This document shows, piece after piece, positions 14,189-25,600 of a stretch of 36,805 bases of DNA. The notes under the pieces are model-generated. The model saw nothing but the letters and a program-made list of their open reading frames with translations. It was not told where the DNA came from and did no database searches. The stretch covers positions 1 to 36,805 of IMG/VR virus record IMGVR_UViG_3300032295_001223, one strand, 5' to 3'. The DNA is from a virus (Duplodnaviria > Caudoviricetes). Position numbers and translations under genes: made by a program. Each line of letters begins with the position of its first letter. Positions within the stretch are counted from its first letter, which is position 1.

Positions 14189-14974
14189 ATGAGTGATAAC
14201 ATTGAAATTAATACTAACGATACTGATTTAGAAAGCCCCGTAGAAGACGGACAAGTAGAAGAATCAAATGAAGTATTAGAAACCCCAGAAGAAGAGGACT
14301 TTGAACTTTTCGACTATACCCAGTTTTCCGATAATAAAGTAAAGCTGCAAGTTAATGGCGAAGAGATTGTGGTTCCACTATCTGAGGCGCTAGCTGGATA
14401 CCAGCGTCAGGCGGATTATACCCGCAAGACACAGGAACTCAGTGAGCAAAAGAAGCAGATTCAATTTGCTGCAGCCATTCAAGAATCTCTTGATAATGAC
14501 CCAGCAGGAACTCTGCAAATGCTGCAACAGGCATACGGACTAGATACAAATCAAAACTTAGATTTAGATGATGAGTGGTTAGACCCAGCCGAGCAGCGAG
14601 TTCAAGATTTAGAAGCAAGACTAATGGCCTTTGAACAACAAAGGGCAATGGATGAATTGCAAAAGACTCTTGATTCTTTACAGGTAAAATATGGCGATGA
14701 CTTTAGCCCAGATGAAGTAGTTGCCAAGGCACTTGCCCAAGGTTCAACCGATTTAGAAGCAGTTTTTAAACAGATTGCTTTTGACAAGGTTTATGCCGAA
14801 GCTAAAGCTGGTAAGAAAAAGGTTGTTGAAGAAACAACTAGAACTCAAGCCAAGCGTGAAGCAGCAATTGTCTCTGGTGGCACATCCGCAAAAGGAACCG
14901 CTCCTATTAAGCCTGAGCAACCAAAATCGGTATTTGAAGCCTACGAAGCAGCAAAACGCACACTAGGCATCTAA
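14189..14974 (+). CDS. Capsid scaffolding protein
   Basis: Acidic N-terminus and the VNGEEIVVPLSE..AGYQRQADYTRKTQELSE motif; immediately before the capsid gene. Confidence 0.9.
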   Translation: MSDNIEINTNDTDLESPVEDGQVEESNEVLETPEEEDFELFDYTQFSDNKVKLQVNGEEIVVPLSEALAGYQRQADYTRKTQELSEQKKQIQFAAAIQESLDNDPAGTLQMLQQAYGLDTNQNLDLDDEWLDPAEQRVQDLEARLMAFEQQRAMDELQKTLDSLQVKYGDDFSPDEVVAKALAQGSTDLEAVFKQIAFDKVYAEAKAGKKKVVEETTRTQAKREAAIVSGGTSAKGTAPIKPEQPKSVFEAYEAAKRTLGI

Positions 14975-15003
14975 AAAGTTAAATTCAATTAGGAGAACCC
15001 AAA

Positions 15004-15993
15004 ATGACTTCACCAAACGCTGCAGCCTTTGATTACAATGACCTGTTTTCAACCACACTGCAAAACTACCAGCCAACATTAGTTGACAACATATTCAAGG
15101 ACTTGGTCCTTCTTAACCACCTCAATGAGCGCGGTCGTGTCCGTGTTGAAGAGGGTGGCAGCCAGATAGTAGAGCCATTGCTCTATGCTAAGAACAGCAC
15201 TGCTGCTGCTTACGAAGGTTATGACCCAATCAGCCTTACCCCACAGGATGGCATTTCAGCTGCTACCTATGACTGGCATCAGATTGCTGCTTCTATCGCA
15301 ATTAGCGGTATTGAAGAAGCTCAGAACCGTGGCACAGAAGCAATTATTAAATTGTTGAATGCTAAAATCATGCAAGCAGAAATGTCCATCAAGGACCTTT
15401 TGAACACCATGTTGTTTGACGACAACAGCATTGCTAAGAGCTTTAATGGTCTTGGTAACATTGTTGGTACAAAGAACAACACAGTTGGTGGAATCAACGG
15501 TGCTACTAATTCATGGTGGAACCCATACATTCCAGTAGCTGCAGGTTCTGCTGCAGTTCTTGACGATATTGACATGGCAAACGTTTACAACAACGTTTCA
15601 AAAGGTAGCGATACCCCTGACCTTATCATCACCACAGAAGCATTGTTCAGCAAGTACGAGTCACTCTTGACCCCTAACGTTCGTTACCAGGACGTAGCTA
15701 AAGCTAACGCTGGTTTCCAGAACTTGATGTTCAAGCAGACACCAGTCGTATTTGACCTCAATGCTACGGACCCAAGCGGTGCAACACCTAACTCAGTTGG
15801 TGACCCAATGTACTTCCTTAACACGAAGTACCTCAAGCTTACCGGCATGAACGGTCACTGGTTTAACACCACTGACTTCCAGCAGGGTACAGTAGCAGGC
15901 GTTGACGCCCGCTACGCAATCATCATGGCTTACGGTGAGCTTACCTGCTCCAACCGTGCACGCCAGGGAACCCTGTTTGCAAACGCATCCTGA
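15004..15993 (+). CDS. Major capsid protein
   Basis: 329 aa; AGGAG RBS; codon usage visibly shifted to C-ending (high-expression) codons; follows the scaffold; ends ELTCSNRARQG. Confidence 0.9.
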   Translation: MTSPNAAAFDYNDLFSTTLQNYQPTLVDNIFKDLVLLNHLNERGRVRVEEGGSQIVEPLLYAKNSTAAAYEGYDPISLTPQDGISAATYDWHQIAASIAISGIEEAQNRGTEAIIKLLNAKIMQAEMSIKDLLNTMLFDDNSIAKSFNGLGNIVGTKNNTVGGINGATNSWWNPYIPVAAGSAAVLDDIDMANVYNNVSKGSDTPDLIITTEALFSKYESLLTPNVRYQDVAKANAGFQNLMFKQTPVVFDLNATDPSGATPNSVGDPMYFLNTKYLKLTGMNGHWFNTTDFQQGTVAGVDARYAIIMAYGELTCSNRARQGTLFANAS

Positions 15994-16017
15994 TAATTAA
16001 AATCAGATAGCACAGAT

Positions 16018-16082
16018 TTAGCTGGTGCTGGAAGTTTAAAAGTTGTCATCCTTCGGACAGCTCTTCCGGTACCAGCTAATTT
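16018..16082 (+). terminator. Long stem-loop after the capsid gene (terminator/attenuator or mRNA-stabilising element)
   Basis: TTAGCTGGTGCTGGAAG pairs with CTTCCGGTACCAGCTAA (17 bp, two G-U on the + strand), with an inner AGTTGTC/GACAGCT stem. Confidence 0.8.
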
Positions 16083-16106
16083 GCTATATAAGGTAATGTA
16101 GTTTAC

Positions 16107-16132
16107 GTAATAAATTACATATATATATGAAC
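16107..16132 (+). promoter_or_regulatory. Variant GTAA-N15-TATGAAC motif upstream of the tail genes
   Basis: GTAATAAATTACATATATATATGAAC. Confidence 0.55.
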
Positions 16133-16158
16133 AATAGATTTTTTCGAAGGGTTTAAAA

Positions 16159-16452
16159 ATGAGTAATATAAGACCAGTACATGTAAGTCAAGGTTTAGCT
16201 GGAACAGAACGTTATGGCTTTACTAGCAACATAGAACAAGATAGAGCAATGCCTACATTTGCGCAACCAGGAACACAGCTAGCTCCTCCTAGTGGTACTC
16301 CTTATGTTCCTAAATATAACAGTTGTGCTGTTATCAGGGAAGATAACGCAAGATGTAAAGGACCTAAGGCCAAGGGTACAGAATATTGCATTGGTCACCT
16401 GCGTGCTATGGAAAAAGCAGCAAAAGCAGCAGAAGAAAAACCATCCGAATAG
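16159..16452 (+). CDS. Small protein with a CCCH zinc-finger-like motif
   Basis: C-x8-C-x10-C-x2-H (CAVIREDNARCKGPKAKGTEYCIGH). Confidence 0.75.
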   Translation: MSNIRPVHVSQGLAGTERYGFTSNIEQDRAMPTFAQPGTQLAPPSGTPYVPKYNSCAVIREDNARCKGPKAKGTEYCIGHLRAMEKAAKAAEEKPSE

Positions 16453-16465
16453 ATTGGATTAAAAA

Positions 16466-17302
16466 ATGAGCACTATTGTTACTGGGATTAATAGATTTTA
16501 TCTCCTTCAATATTTGCAAGATATATCAGACTTGTCCATAGGGTCAGACCCTAACGTTGATGACATTAATGATACGCTTGTTTTACAATTTATTAAAGAA
16601 GGCTATCAAAGAATAGTTTCTTTATATGACCGCTGGCCATGGTTTCAAGCAGGTTATAGTTTTAGTACAGTTACTAATCAACGCAGTTATTCTACAGGTT
16701 TTACTTTAGAAAATACTACATCTACTACAATAGCAACGCCGGCAGCAAACAAATCATTTTCTGACATTGCTCAAATCATTAATGTTGTTAATAATACAAA
16801 TGGTGGCAATGAATTATTTTACATTGACCAATTTAAAGCAGAACAACTTTGGGTAGGAACAAATGACCAACCAGATATTCCTGCATACTGGTCTTTGTGG
16901 GCTGGTCAACTAAACTTATGGCCTAAACCAAATGATGTTTATTCAATTACAATGCGTGGATATAGAGTTCCTGATTTAACTTGGTTAAACCAACCAGACT
17001 CTAACTCAACTGATTATGTTGACCTTGATACTGAATTTCACTTAATGCTTGTCAACTTTGTTATGATGCGCATTTTCCAATATCAAGAAGACCCAGAAAT
17101 GGCTCAAGTTTACCAACGTCATTTCCAAGAAGGTGTTGCTATTGCTCAGCAAAACATTGCGGCACCTAATGTTAATCAACCATTAATAATGAGTGGTGGA
17201 TTATTAATTAACGGACCAGCTAACAAAGCTTATGGCTATGGCTATGGCGCAGGTGTTGCCGTTATTCCTGGAAGCCCTAGTCCATTTGGTAGGCCATGGT
17301 AG
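16466..17302 (+). CDS. Head-tail adaptor / tail tubular protein A-like
   Basis: Position after the capsid gene; RWPWF and P.YW.LW...LNLWPKPNDVY motifs typical of podoviral adaptors. Confidence 0.75.
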   Translation: MSTIVTGINRFYLLQYLQDISDLSIGSDPNVDDINDTLVLQFIKEGYQRIVSLYDRWPWFQAGYSFSTVTNQRSYSTGFTLENTTSTTIATPAANKSFSDIAQIINVVNNTNGGNELFYIDQFKAEQLWVGTNDQPDIPAYWSLWAGQLNLWPKPNDVYSITMRGYRVPDLTWLNQPDSNSTDYVDLDTEFHLMLVNFVMMRIFQYQEDPEMAQVYQRHFQEGVAIAQQNIAAPNVNQPLIMSGGLLINGPANKAYGYGYGAGVAVIPGSPSPFGRPW

Positions 17303-19032
17303 CAATTAACTTTCAACAAGTAGCAGACTTTACAGGTGGAATTAACTTTCGTGCTGACCAATTTCAATTAGCACCGAATGAATCACCTTCTATGCTCAAT
17401 GTTGAGATTGACCCACGTGGTGGTGTCTTTAGCCGTGCAGGTTATAAAATAAAAAACACAAGTCCAATATCATTTTCTGGTCAATGGAATCCAAAAGGAC
17501 TTTTTGATTTTCGTGGCGCAGCACCAACAATCATGTTAACAACAGGCTACCAAACAGTTGGACCACATGACGGAAGAGTCTATCAATCATCTGGTGGTAA
17601 CTTTACTACTTTAGATAGTGGTCCTGCAACTCCTTTAAATGTTAAATCTACTAATGGTGCAGGCATGACTACATGGGAACAAACTCTGTACATTGCTCTT
17701 GGCGCTAGTGCAGTAAACATGTTTAAATGGTCTACTGGTAATACTTATGCTACATCATTAACTCCATCTGGACCAACATGGCAACCTTATTCTCAGCCCG
17801 TTGGTGGATTTATGCCAAAAGCAGAACTCTGTCTAGCACATGCAAATAAAATGTTTGTTGCAAATACTAATGAGGGTGGCACCGCTTATCCCAATAGAGT
17901 TCGTTGGTCACACGAAAACAGACCAGAAGATTGGTATCAAGATGATTACATTGATATTAATGCTGGTGGAGAAGGCATTCGTGCATTAGTTATTGTAGAA
18001 GGTCAGTTATTAATATTTAAACAAAAAGCTGTTTATCTTCTTATGGGTTATGATGCTGACTCATTCCAATTAGTAGAACTTTCAACTACGCTTGGAATTG
18101 ATTATCCTCAGCAAGCTGTTTATGGTGCTGGTGGAGTTTTCTTTTTCGATTATCCTAATGGTTTATATTTTTATGACCGCAATGGTATAACTGATATATT
18201 TGAAAGAATCCGCCCAATAATAATTAATAATGAAATTAATACAAGTGTATTAGATGATATAACATTATCATTTATAAATAACAGACTATGGCTATCAATG
18301 CCATATGCAGATAAAGATGTATCAGTACCTCCAGCTTATCCTTCTGTTAACTTTTTATTTGACCCAACCATTGGTTCACGTGGTGCTTATAGTATGTTTC
18401 AATCTTCACCTACATTTTCTAATGATGCTACACCTGTTGTTATTCCTGGTTTTGGTTTAGTGTCAGGCACTGAATGGAGAGACAGTGACGATAATGCATG
18501 GTTCTTAATGATTAATCCAGATGGTAATTTTCCACATGTTTATTATGTTGATGATTATGATAATACTTTTGATGATGTTTTGCAGGGAGCAACTCCATCT
18601 TTTACTGGAAAATTTAGAACAAACTATAGAACATCTTGGTTTGATGATGGACGCTATGTTCAATTAAAATCGTTTTTAAGACCAAACTTTGTATTAAAAG
18701 AAGTTGATGCACCAACTTATATTAAATTAAATACATTTAAAAATTATAATGAATCAATTATTTCAGGTGGAACAAGAACTATTAACTTAACTCCAACTGT
18801 AACTGGTGCAACATATGGAAGCGGAACATATGGAACGTCTATATATGGAGTTGACACAGCTGGTGCAACTATTAAACGTAAAGGAATATCTCCTTTAGGT
18901 AGAGGTTACGCAGTGCAATTAGAGTTCATTGGGCCAGATGAATCAACAGACCAAGTTTTGGCCCCAGGCAGAAGATGGGGAATTAACTCCATAGCTTACA
19001 AATATAAAAGACGAAAGATTAGAGGAACTTAA
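17296..19032 (+). CDS. Tail nozzle / tail tubular protein B-like (P22 gp10-like)
   Basis: 578 aa; DFTGGIN...[16 protein letters not shown]-terminus; RVRWS...PEDW; beta-rich. Confidence 0.8.
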   Translation: MVAINFQQVADFTGGINFRADQFQLAPNESPSMLNVEIDPRGGVFSRAGYKIKNTSPISFSGQWNPKGLFDFRGAAPTIMLTTGYQTVGPHDGRVYQSSGGNFTTLDSGPATPLNVKSTNGAGMTTWEQTLYIALGASAVNMFKWSTGNTYATSLTPSGPTWQPYSQPVGGFMPKAELCLAHANKMFVANTNEGGTAYPNRVRWSHENRPEDWYQDDYIDINAGGEGIRALVIVEGQLLIFKQKAVYLLMGYDADSFQLVELSTTLGIDYPQQAVYGAGGVFFFDYPNGLYFYDRNGITDIFERIRPIIINNEINTSVLDDITLSFINNRLWLSMPYADKDVSVPPAYPSVNFLFDPTIGSRGAYSMFQSSPTFSNDATPVVIPGFGLVSGTEWRDSDDNAWFLMINPDGNFPHVYYVDDYDNTFDDVLQGATPSFTGKFRTNYRTSWFDDGRYVQLKSFLRPNFVLKEVDAPTYIKLNTFKNYNESIISGGTRTINLTPTVTGATYGSGTYGTSIYGVDTAGATIKRKGISPLGRGYAVQLEFIGPDESTDQVLAPGRRWGINSIAYKYKRRKIRGT

Positions 19033-20096
19033 TGGCTACTTTTACAACTCCTAATACATTTTCAAATGGTGAAGTAATTTCAGCATCTGAACATAATGAA
19101 AACTGGAACTACGCAGCAAGCTTTTCCAATGGTTTATCAGCTGGAGTAAACTTTGATGCTGGCGCAATTAGCAATGCTGCATTAGCTGAAAACTCAGTAA
19201 CTAATACCAAAATTGCAGGTAGTGCTGTTACTACAGTTAAAATTAATGACTTAGCTGTAACTACTGCTAAAATAGCTGACGGAGCAATAACACAAGTTAA
19301 ACTTGCACCTGGAACTATAACCGCTAAAAATATTGCTATTGGAACAACTACTACAGGAGCTGCTGGTACAAACGCAATTGTTACCGTTGCTCAAGATGCT
19401 TCAACAGCTACATTATCTTTTACAATTCCTCAAGGTATTCAAGGTATTCAAGGTACAGCTGGCACTAATGGTACTAATGGTGCTACTGGAGCCACAGGTG
19501 CTACTGGAGCCACAGGAGCCACTGGTGCAAAGGGCGACAAGGGTGATACTGGTTCTACTGGAGCCACTGGTGCTACAGGACCTACCGGACCTGCAGGACC
19601 TGGCTTACGTTTAGGTAGAATTTTAGACCTTGGTACTTCTAGCTCAACGCAAGACTTTATTGTTGCTAACAGTGGTGGCACTGCTTGTATGCGCGTTAAC
19701 TCTTCATGGGGCGTTCATGGACAGTCATTAAGTGGCGGAAGAACTATGATGGTTATTTCAGACCAGACAATTGGATATAACTCTTCAACACTTAGAACTA
19801 AGCAAGATATAACAAATTATGAATTTAATGAACAAGCTGTTCTTTCAATAGAACCAAAAAGATTTAAATATAATAATACTGTTTTAGGTGGTGGAGATGA
19901 TTCAGAATGGCAATATGGTTTTATTGCTGAAGAAGCAGTACAAGCAGGACTTAGTGAACTTGTACAGTTTGATGAAACAGGTCAACCAGATTACTTTGCA
20001 TATGAACGTATGTGTATTGCACAACAGCAAATCATTCGCACATTGTGGTCTAAAGTTGAAGCTTTAGAAACTAGATTAACATCGTTAGAAGGATAG
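19032..20096 (+). CDS. Tail fibre with short collagen segment and C-terminal intramolecular chaperone (peptidase S74-like)
   Basis: [12 protein letters not shown] repeats, GAT triplets, [10 protein letters not shown]...PKRFKY...YGFIAEE, and a terminal coiled coil. Confidence 0.85.
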   Translation: MATFTTPNTFSNGEVISASEHNENWNYAASFSNGLSAGVNFDAGAISNAALAENSVTNTKIAGSAVTTVKINDLAVTTAKIADGAITQVKLAPGTITAKNIAIGTTTTGAAGTNAIVTVAQDASTATLSFTIPQGIQGIQGTAGTNGTNGATGATGATGATGATGAKGDKGDTGSTGATGATGPTGPAGPGLRLGRILDLGTSSSTQDFIVANSGGTACMRVNSSWGVHGQSLSGGRTMMVISDQTIGYNSSTLRTKQDITNYEFNEQAVLSIEPKRFKYNNTVLGGGDDSEWQYGFIAEEAVQAGLSELVQFDETGQPDYFAYERMCIAQQQIIRTLWSKVEALETRLTSLEG

Positions 20097-20100
20097 GATT

Positions 20101-20532
20101 ATGGTATTTGACCCATCACTATTTGAACGTCAGCGTCGCAATCTACAAGAAAACTTTGCTCAACAGTCTGCTTTTAATACATATCAAAGATACCTTGCAC
20201 AACAGCAAGGTGAACGACAAATTAGAGACATTGAAGAATCAGCTTTTGGAGCTAGAAGAGAAGTTCCAAGATTAACATCTTCATTTGCAAGACGTGGTTT
20301 AACAGGTCAAGGTGTAAGGTCTGGAGTATTTAATCGAGCTTTAAATGAATATGGTCAGCAAAGAGCTCGTGAACTAGGCGAAGGACAACAATCATTAGCA
20401 GATGCACTAAGAGGATTTGATTTACGTCAAGGACAATATTTAAGTGGATATGAAACAAGCTTAGCTGATTTAGAAGCAGATAAAGCTAGACAAATTGCGC
20501 AAGATGCACAAGCACTATTAACATTAAGGTAA
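20101..20532 (+). CDS. Putative internal virion (ejection) protein
   Basis: Gln/Arg/Ala helical protein with RGLTGQGVRSG; follows the tail genes. Confidence 0.7.
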   Translation: MVFDPSLFERQRRNLQENFAQQSAFNTYQRYLAQQQGERQIRDIEESAFGARREVPRLTSSFARRGLTGQGVRSGVFNRALNEYGQQRARELGEGQQSLADALRGFDLRQGQYLSGYETSLADLEADKARQIAQDAQALLTLR

Positions 20533-20536
20533 GAAA

Positions 20537-21898
20537 ATGGCAGTTACAAGATATGGAAATATGATGAGACCAGTTAGTCCATCGAGAACAAACATAGTAA
20601 GAACACAAAATCCTGTTGATTCTCCTAGGGCACCAGCTAGTTCAGCTGGTAACTTTAGAGGCTTAGACCAGTATTTTTCTGGTGCTGCAGGAGCTCCTGC
20701 TCCTTCGACATTAACTCAAGGCCCAGCAGTTCCAGTAAGACAGAATTTTTCTTCTACTCCAGCAAATTCAACTCCTCCAATTGATATTGGCCAAATTGTA
20801 TCTGATGCATTGGCGGGTATTAGTTTTGGTGGAAGTTTTCCATCAGTTGTTAGTGGTGGTGGTACAGGTGGAACAACTCAATCAGCAATAAATGCACGTA
20901 ATCAATTAGCATTTGACCAAGCAAAATTGGGAGCAACAACAAGAGCTCAACAAGAAGCTGATGCAAGAGCAAGACTTGGAACAAGTGCACAAGTTGGTGC
21001 TCTTCAAGCATTGCTTAATACTCCAACTGGACCTGGCTCATACAGAGAAGGCGCTGACAGACTTTTAGGATTGTTGTCTGGTTATGAAACAACCGCAAGA
21101 ACTGGAATAACAGATGCAAGAACAGCTGCTGAAAACTTATTAGGACAGCAATATGGTAGAGCATCTGGTTTATTGTTTGGAGCTCCAGCTCAAGGCACAA
21201 CTCCTGCTGTAACTGGTGCTTATCCAGCTTTAACAGCATACTTACGAGCAAATGCCCCTACAGCTTATGCAAGTGTTCCAACACAAGCAGCACCTGTTTC
21301 ACAAAATACTTTAGCTCAATACATGACAGGACAGGGTACAGGGACAGCAGCTACTGACCAAGAGGTTGCTGCACAAAATACAGCAGCACAAGCAGGTCAG
21401 GGTAACTTTGCTGGACTACTAGATGTATTAAGAAGAACAGAAACAGCTGGGCAAACATCACGTCTTGCTGAAGCAGAGCAAGCAAGCACAATTGCACGCA
21501 CAATGCTCGAAGCACAAAGAGCTGCACAAGCAGGTGGAATCACCCAGCAAGAACAAGCTGCTCTTTCAACACTTGCACAATCATTATTAGGCCAAAGACT
21601 CGGCGTAGAACAAGGTGCCGAACAACGTAGAACTGGATTGCAAGATGCTCTTCTTCCATTGCTTGGTACTGGTTATAATGTTACTGGTGAAGCAATTGCA
21701 GAAAATATTGAAACAGCAAAAGTTCCTGCTGTAGCTCCTTCAAAAGCGCCAAAGAAAGTTTCAGAGAGACCACTAACTACTGACTGGCAAAGACTTGTTG
21801 CAAAAAATAATCCAAACTTTACTGGAACATTTAACGAAGCAAAGAAGAAATTTCCAAAACTCTACAAACAATATCTTGATTCACAAAAGAAGAAGTAA
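20537..21898 (+). CDS. Putative internal virion (ejection) protein
   Basis: 453 aa, Ala/Gln/Gly-rich, no Cys; podoviral ejectosome position. Confidence 0.7.
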   Translation: MAVTRYGNMMRPVSPSRTNIVRTQNPVDSPRAPASSAGNFRGLDQYFSGAAGAPAPSTLTQGPAVPVRQNFSSTPANSTPPIDIGQIVSDALAGISFGGSFPSVVSGGGTGGTTQSAINARNQLAFDQAKLGATTRAQQEADARARLGTSAQVGALQALLNTPTGPGSYREGADRLLGLLSGYETTARTGITDARTAAENLLGQQYGRASGLLFGAPAQGTTPAVTGAYPALTAYLRANAPTAYASVPTQAAPVSQNTLAQYMTGQGTGTAATDQEVAAQNTAAQAGQGNFAGLLDVLRRTETAGQTSRLAEAEQASTIARTMLEAQRAAQAGGITQQEQAALSTLAQSLLGQRLGVEQGAEQRRTGLQDALLPLLGTGYNVTGEAIAENIETAKVPAVAPSKAPKKVSERPLTTDWQRLVAKNNPNFTGTFNEAKKKFPKLYKQYLDSQKKK

Positions 21899-21901
21899 AT
21901 C

Positions 21902-22615
21902 ATGGCTTTAGACCTTAATACTTTATATCAATATTACCTTGACCAAGGACTTGACCCTGCAACTGCTGCTCAATACACGGTATATTATATTCCTGCTGGA
22001 AAGAAAAAAGGTTTTAGTGGAATAACTACACCTAAGTTTAAGCCAGAATCACAAGTATATTCTGAAGTTGCGCCTAACTACAATAAATACAAAAAGTTAA
22101 ATCAACCTTTTTGGAATAGTATAATTGATATTGTTAATAAAGGTGGAACATATCTTGATTTACAAAGATTAGTATCTGGTGATGCTGGACAAAAATACGC
22201 TGAAGATAATAATTTGTATACTCCAGAAGGATATGCAGATACAAGAAGTTTGTTGTCAACTGCTGGAAGAATGTTAAATGAATATACTAATGCACAAGAA
22301 GTATTAGGAAAACAGAAAAAAACATTTGGAACATTTGCTGCAAGCATTGGTGCACCAAGTCCTGATAAAAGATATTCATTTAAAGTTGATAAATCATATG
22401 ATGCAAAAACACAAGTTGAGTATGCTCCTGTAAGAAAAGTATATAATACAGTTTTTAACAATCTTAAATCAGCTCTTAAAAAAGCTAAAGTAAGTCCTAC
22501 TGAAGCTGCAAATTATGCAAAGCAATTTAATACTGCATTTGAAACAGCAATCAATACTAAATTAGCAGAATCAAATTTAACTCCATTTACTGATTACGTT
22601 ATAAGAAAAGGTTAA
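21902..22615 (+). CDS. Putative internal virion protein
   Basis: 237 aa, tightly coupled within the ejection cluster. Confidence 0.65.
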   Translation: MALDLNTLYQYYLDQGLDPATAAQYTVYYIPAGKKKGFSGITTPKFKPESQVYSEVAPNYNKYKKLNQPFWNSIIDIVNKGGTYLDLQRLVSGDAGQKYAEDNNLYTPEGYADTRSLLSTAGRMLNEYTNAQEVLGKQKKTFGTFAASIGAPSPDKRYSFKVDKSYDAKTQVEYAPVRKVYNTVFNNLKSALKKAKVSPTEAANYAKQFNTAFETAINTKLAESNLTPFTDYVIRKG

Positions 22616-22617
22616 AA

Positions 22618-25600
22618 ATGGCACCTAAAAATTTAGACAAATTAGCAAACTTAAAAGTGCCAAAAATTCCAAAAGCACCAAAGAAACCTAAAGCTACTAC
22701 TCCAGGTGATGATTGGGATAGTATTTTTGATGATGCGTTGACTTCAACAACAACAACAACAACAACGACAACACCGCCGACAACTGTTCCTAAGACAACT
22801 GGTGGAACTAGTGGTGGTCGCAAACCAATTGAAACTGCAGAAGAAGCTGCTAAATTATTAAAAGCTCAAGAAAAAAGAGCAGCTAACTTAAGAATTACCC
22901 AACAAGAAGCAGCTAAAGCACAAGAGGGTAAAAAGCCTGGTGGTTTTTTTGGTGCAATAGCTAGTGTAGTTAACTTTGATGTCATTCCTGGTAGTAGAGA
23001 ATTTAAGCCAATTAAATCAGCCGTACTTCCAGCAGTTGGAGCGATAACTACTGGTGGTCGTGTTGTTTTATCTGCAAACGAAGAACTTATTGATAAAGTT
23101 AATCAAATTCGTGGTCGTGAAGCAAGGTATGAACGAGGAGATTACATTCCTATTCATAAACAAACTGGATTACCAATTGCCAAGGCTGGAGACCCAGTTA
23201 TTCGTAACTGGGAAGATGTCATTAATGCTCCAGTTAACATTCCAAAAAATGCAACGCCTCAACAAAAAGCACAAGCAACTACAGACTTAGTTAAATCAAA
23301 AGCTAGAACAAGTTCTGGTTCAGTAAGAGAAGTTATAAAAGCTGCACAAGATTTTACCTATTCTGCTTCTGACAATCCTTATATTCCACAAACTGGCAAT
23401 AAATATATTGATGGTGTTATTGATTTTGGTTATGATGTTTTCTTAGACCCAGCAACTTATGCAACATTGGGAGGAAGTGCTGTAGTAACGCCTGTAAAAG
23501 TAGGTGCAACAGCAACATCAAAAGCTGGAGCTAAAGCAGCAGCACGTGAAGCAGCAAGAATTGCAGCAGCAGAAGCAGCAGAAGCAGCAGCAAAAGTTGC
23601 AGCAGATGCAACAGCAACAGCAGCACAAAAAGCAGCTGCACAGGCAGCAGCAAAGGCAGCAGAAGCAGCAGCAGAAAAAGCTTTTAAGCAAGCAGCAGCA
23701 GCAGCGCCAAGAAGAATATATGGACGCAATGCAAGAGAAGCATTAGCTGAACAAGTAAGAACAATAAGACAGAGTGCACAACAAGTAATAGATGATGCAG
23801 CAGCGACGACTGCAGAAAAAACTGTTGCTCAACAAGCTGTTAGTGTTTTAACTGATGATTTTATTAAAGATGTTGCTGCTAAAGGTTATTCTGCTATACG
23901 TGGTCAAGCAGCTCAAACACTTGGAGTTAGAAGTGGTGCAAGAATTGGATTGCCGGGATTTGGCAAAGCAACAATACCATATACTTCTACGTTAACTAAT
24001 TTTGTTGGTTCATCTTTAGCTATACCTAGAAATGCATTCTTTCAAACAAAAGCTGGACAAAGTGTATTGAACTCAATAACAGCAGTTGGTGAAGGTGGAT
24101 TGTTTGGTTCAGAACAAATTCTTAAAATGCGTACAGCTTTACGAAGCGGTACAGCTACACCAGAAGAAGCAGTAGACTACACTGCTCTTTTATCTGCTGA
24201 TAAGTTTTACCGTGGTGCAGTAGACCTTGCAAGAAAAAAAGCTGCAGTAGATGTTGGAAAAGTAACTAGTCGCAAGAATACTAAAGTAATAAGAAGTTTA
24301 TCTGAACATCTTGCAACACCAGAAGCCGATTGGGCATCAAAGGGTTTACGTGCTTTGACTGCATCTGAAAAAGAAGCTTATGATTCTGTTAAAAATATAT
24401 TAAACAAATTTTATAAAGAAGCAGACTCTGCAGCAGCTTTACTTGGAGCAGACGCATTGCCTGCTTTAGCTGACTATTGGCCACGTAGCCAATCAACACA
24501 AGCAATTGAATGGGCAGCTCGTAATGGTGATGAGGCAGATAGAATTGCAACTGGATTAGGTGTCGATAGAACATTCTTTTTAGGCAACTTTACTAGCAGA
24601 GCTTTAGGTCCTGGTAAGATTTGGTTTGGTGAAGTTCTTGATGGAACCGAATCAATCTATGATTTAAACAGAATTGCAAAAGACTCTGGAAGAATTAACT
24701 TTGACTTCTTTGAAACAGACCCAGTTAAAGCTTTAGCCGGATATGCAAATACTCACGCAAAGTATCTTGGTTATGCAACTGCTCTTGACCGTTTAACGAA
24801 AATTAGTCCATCTAAAGCTAAGGGGTTTGCACAAGATTTATCTGGTGAGGCTACATCATTAGTTCCAGCTAGAAAGCCTGGTGTAACTGACCTTGGTTCA
24901 TTAGAAAATACTATTGCAAACTTCATGACTCCAGAAAGACTTACTAACTGGTCTGAAGCTCAAATACTTGCAATTCGAGACTCAATTAAAGATTTACAAT
25001 CAAAACTTGCAGGTTCAAGTGACATTGTAAAACGTGAGTTTAATGATGCCATAATGGAAATTGATGAAAAGATAGCTGCAACGACAAGATTGATTAATGC
25101 TGGTGTTATTGACCCAACTTCTGGTTCTTTGTTAAGAGCAGAACTTGAAGCTTATGCAAATGATTTGGCATTAAGCATTAATAATGTTAAGCGTGATTTT
25201 ATTGTTACAAGTCCTGACAGATGGAAAAATGTTGGTAGAACTTTAGAAGATGGTTTTGTTGTACTGAATGAAAAGACAGTTCCAGATATTGCTGTTCGTG
25301 CAGACATTGCAGAAATATTTCAAAATGTTAAGAGACTTGATGACCCTGCATTTGCTAAAGCTGCAGAAAAAGTTTTATTAGATTACAACAACTTCTTTAA
25401 AACTGCAGTTACAACTACTCTTGGATTCCATACACGTAACGCTATCAGCAATAGCTTTATGATGCTTGCTGCTGGTGCAGACCCATTGAATCTTATACGT
25501 GGATTAAAGATTCACATAGCTTTTAAAAAAGCTTCTAAAGCAGGTAGAACTCCAGAACAATTTATACAGAGTGGATTAAAGAGTGGTTTAATTAAACCCG

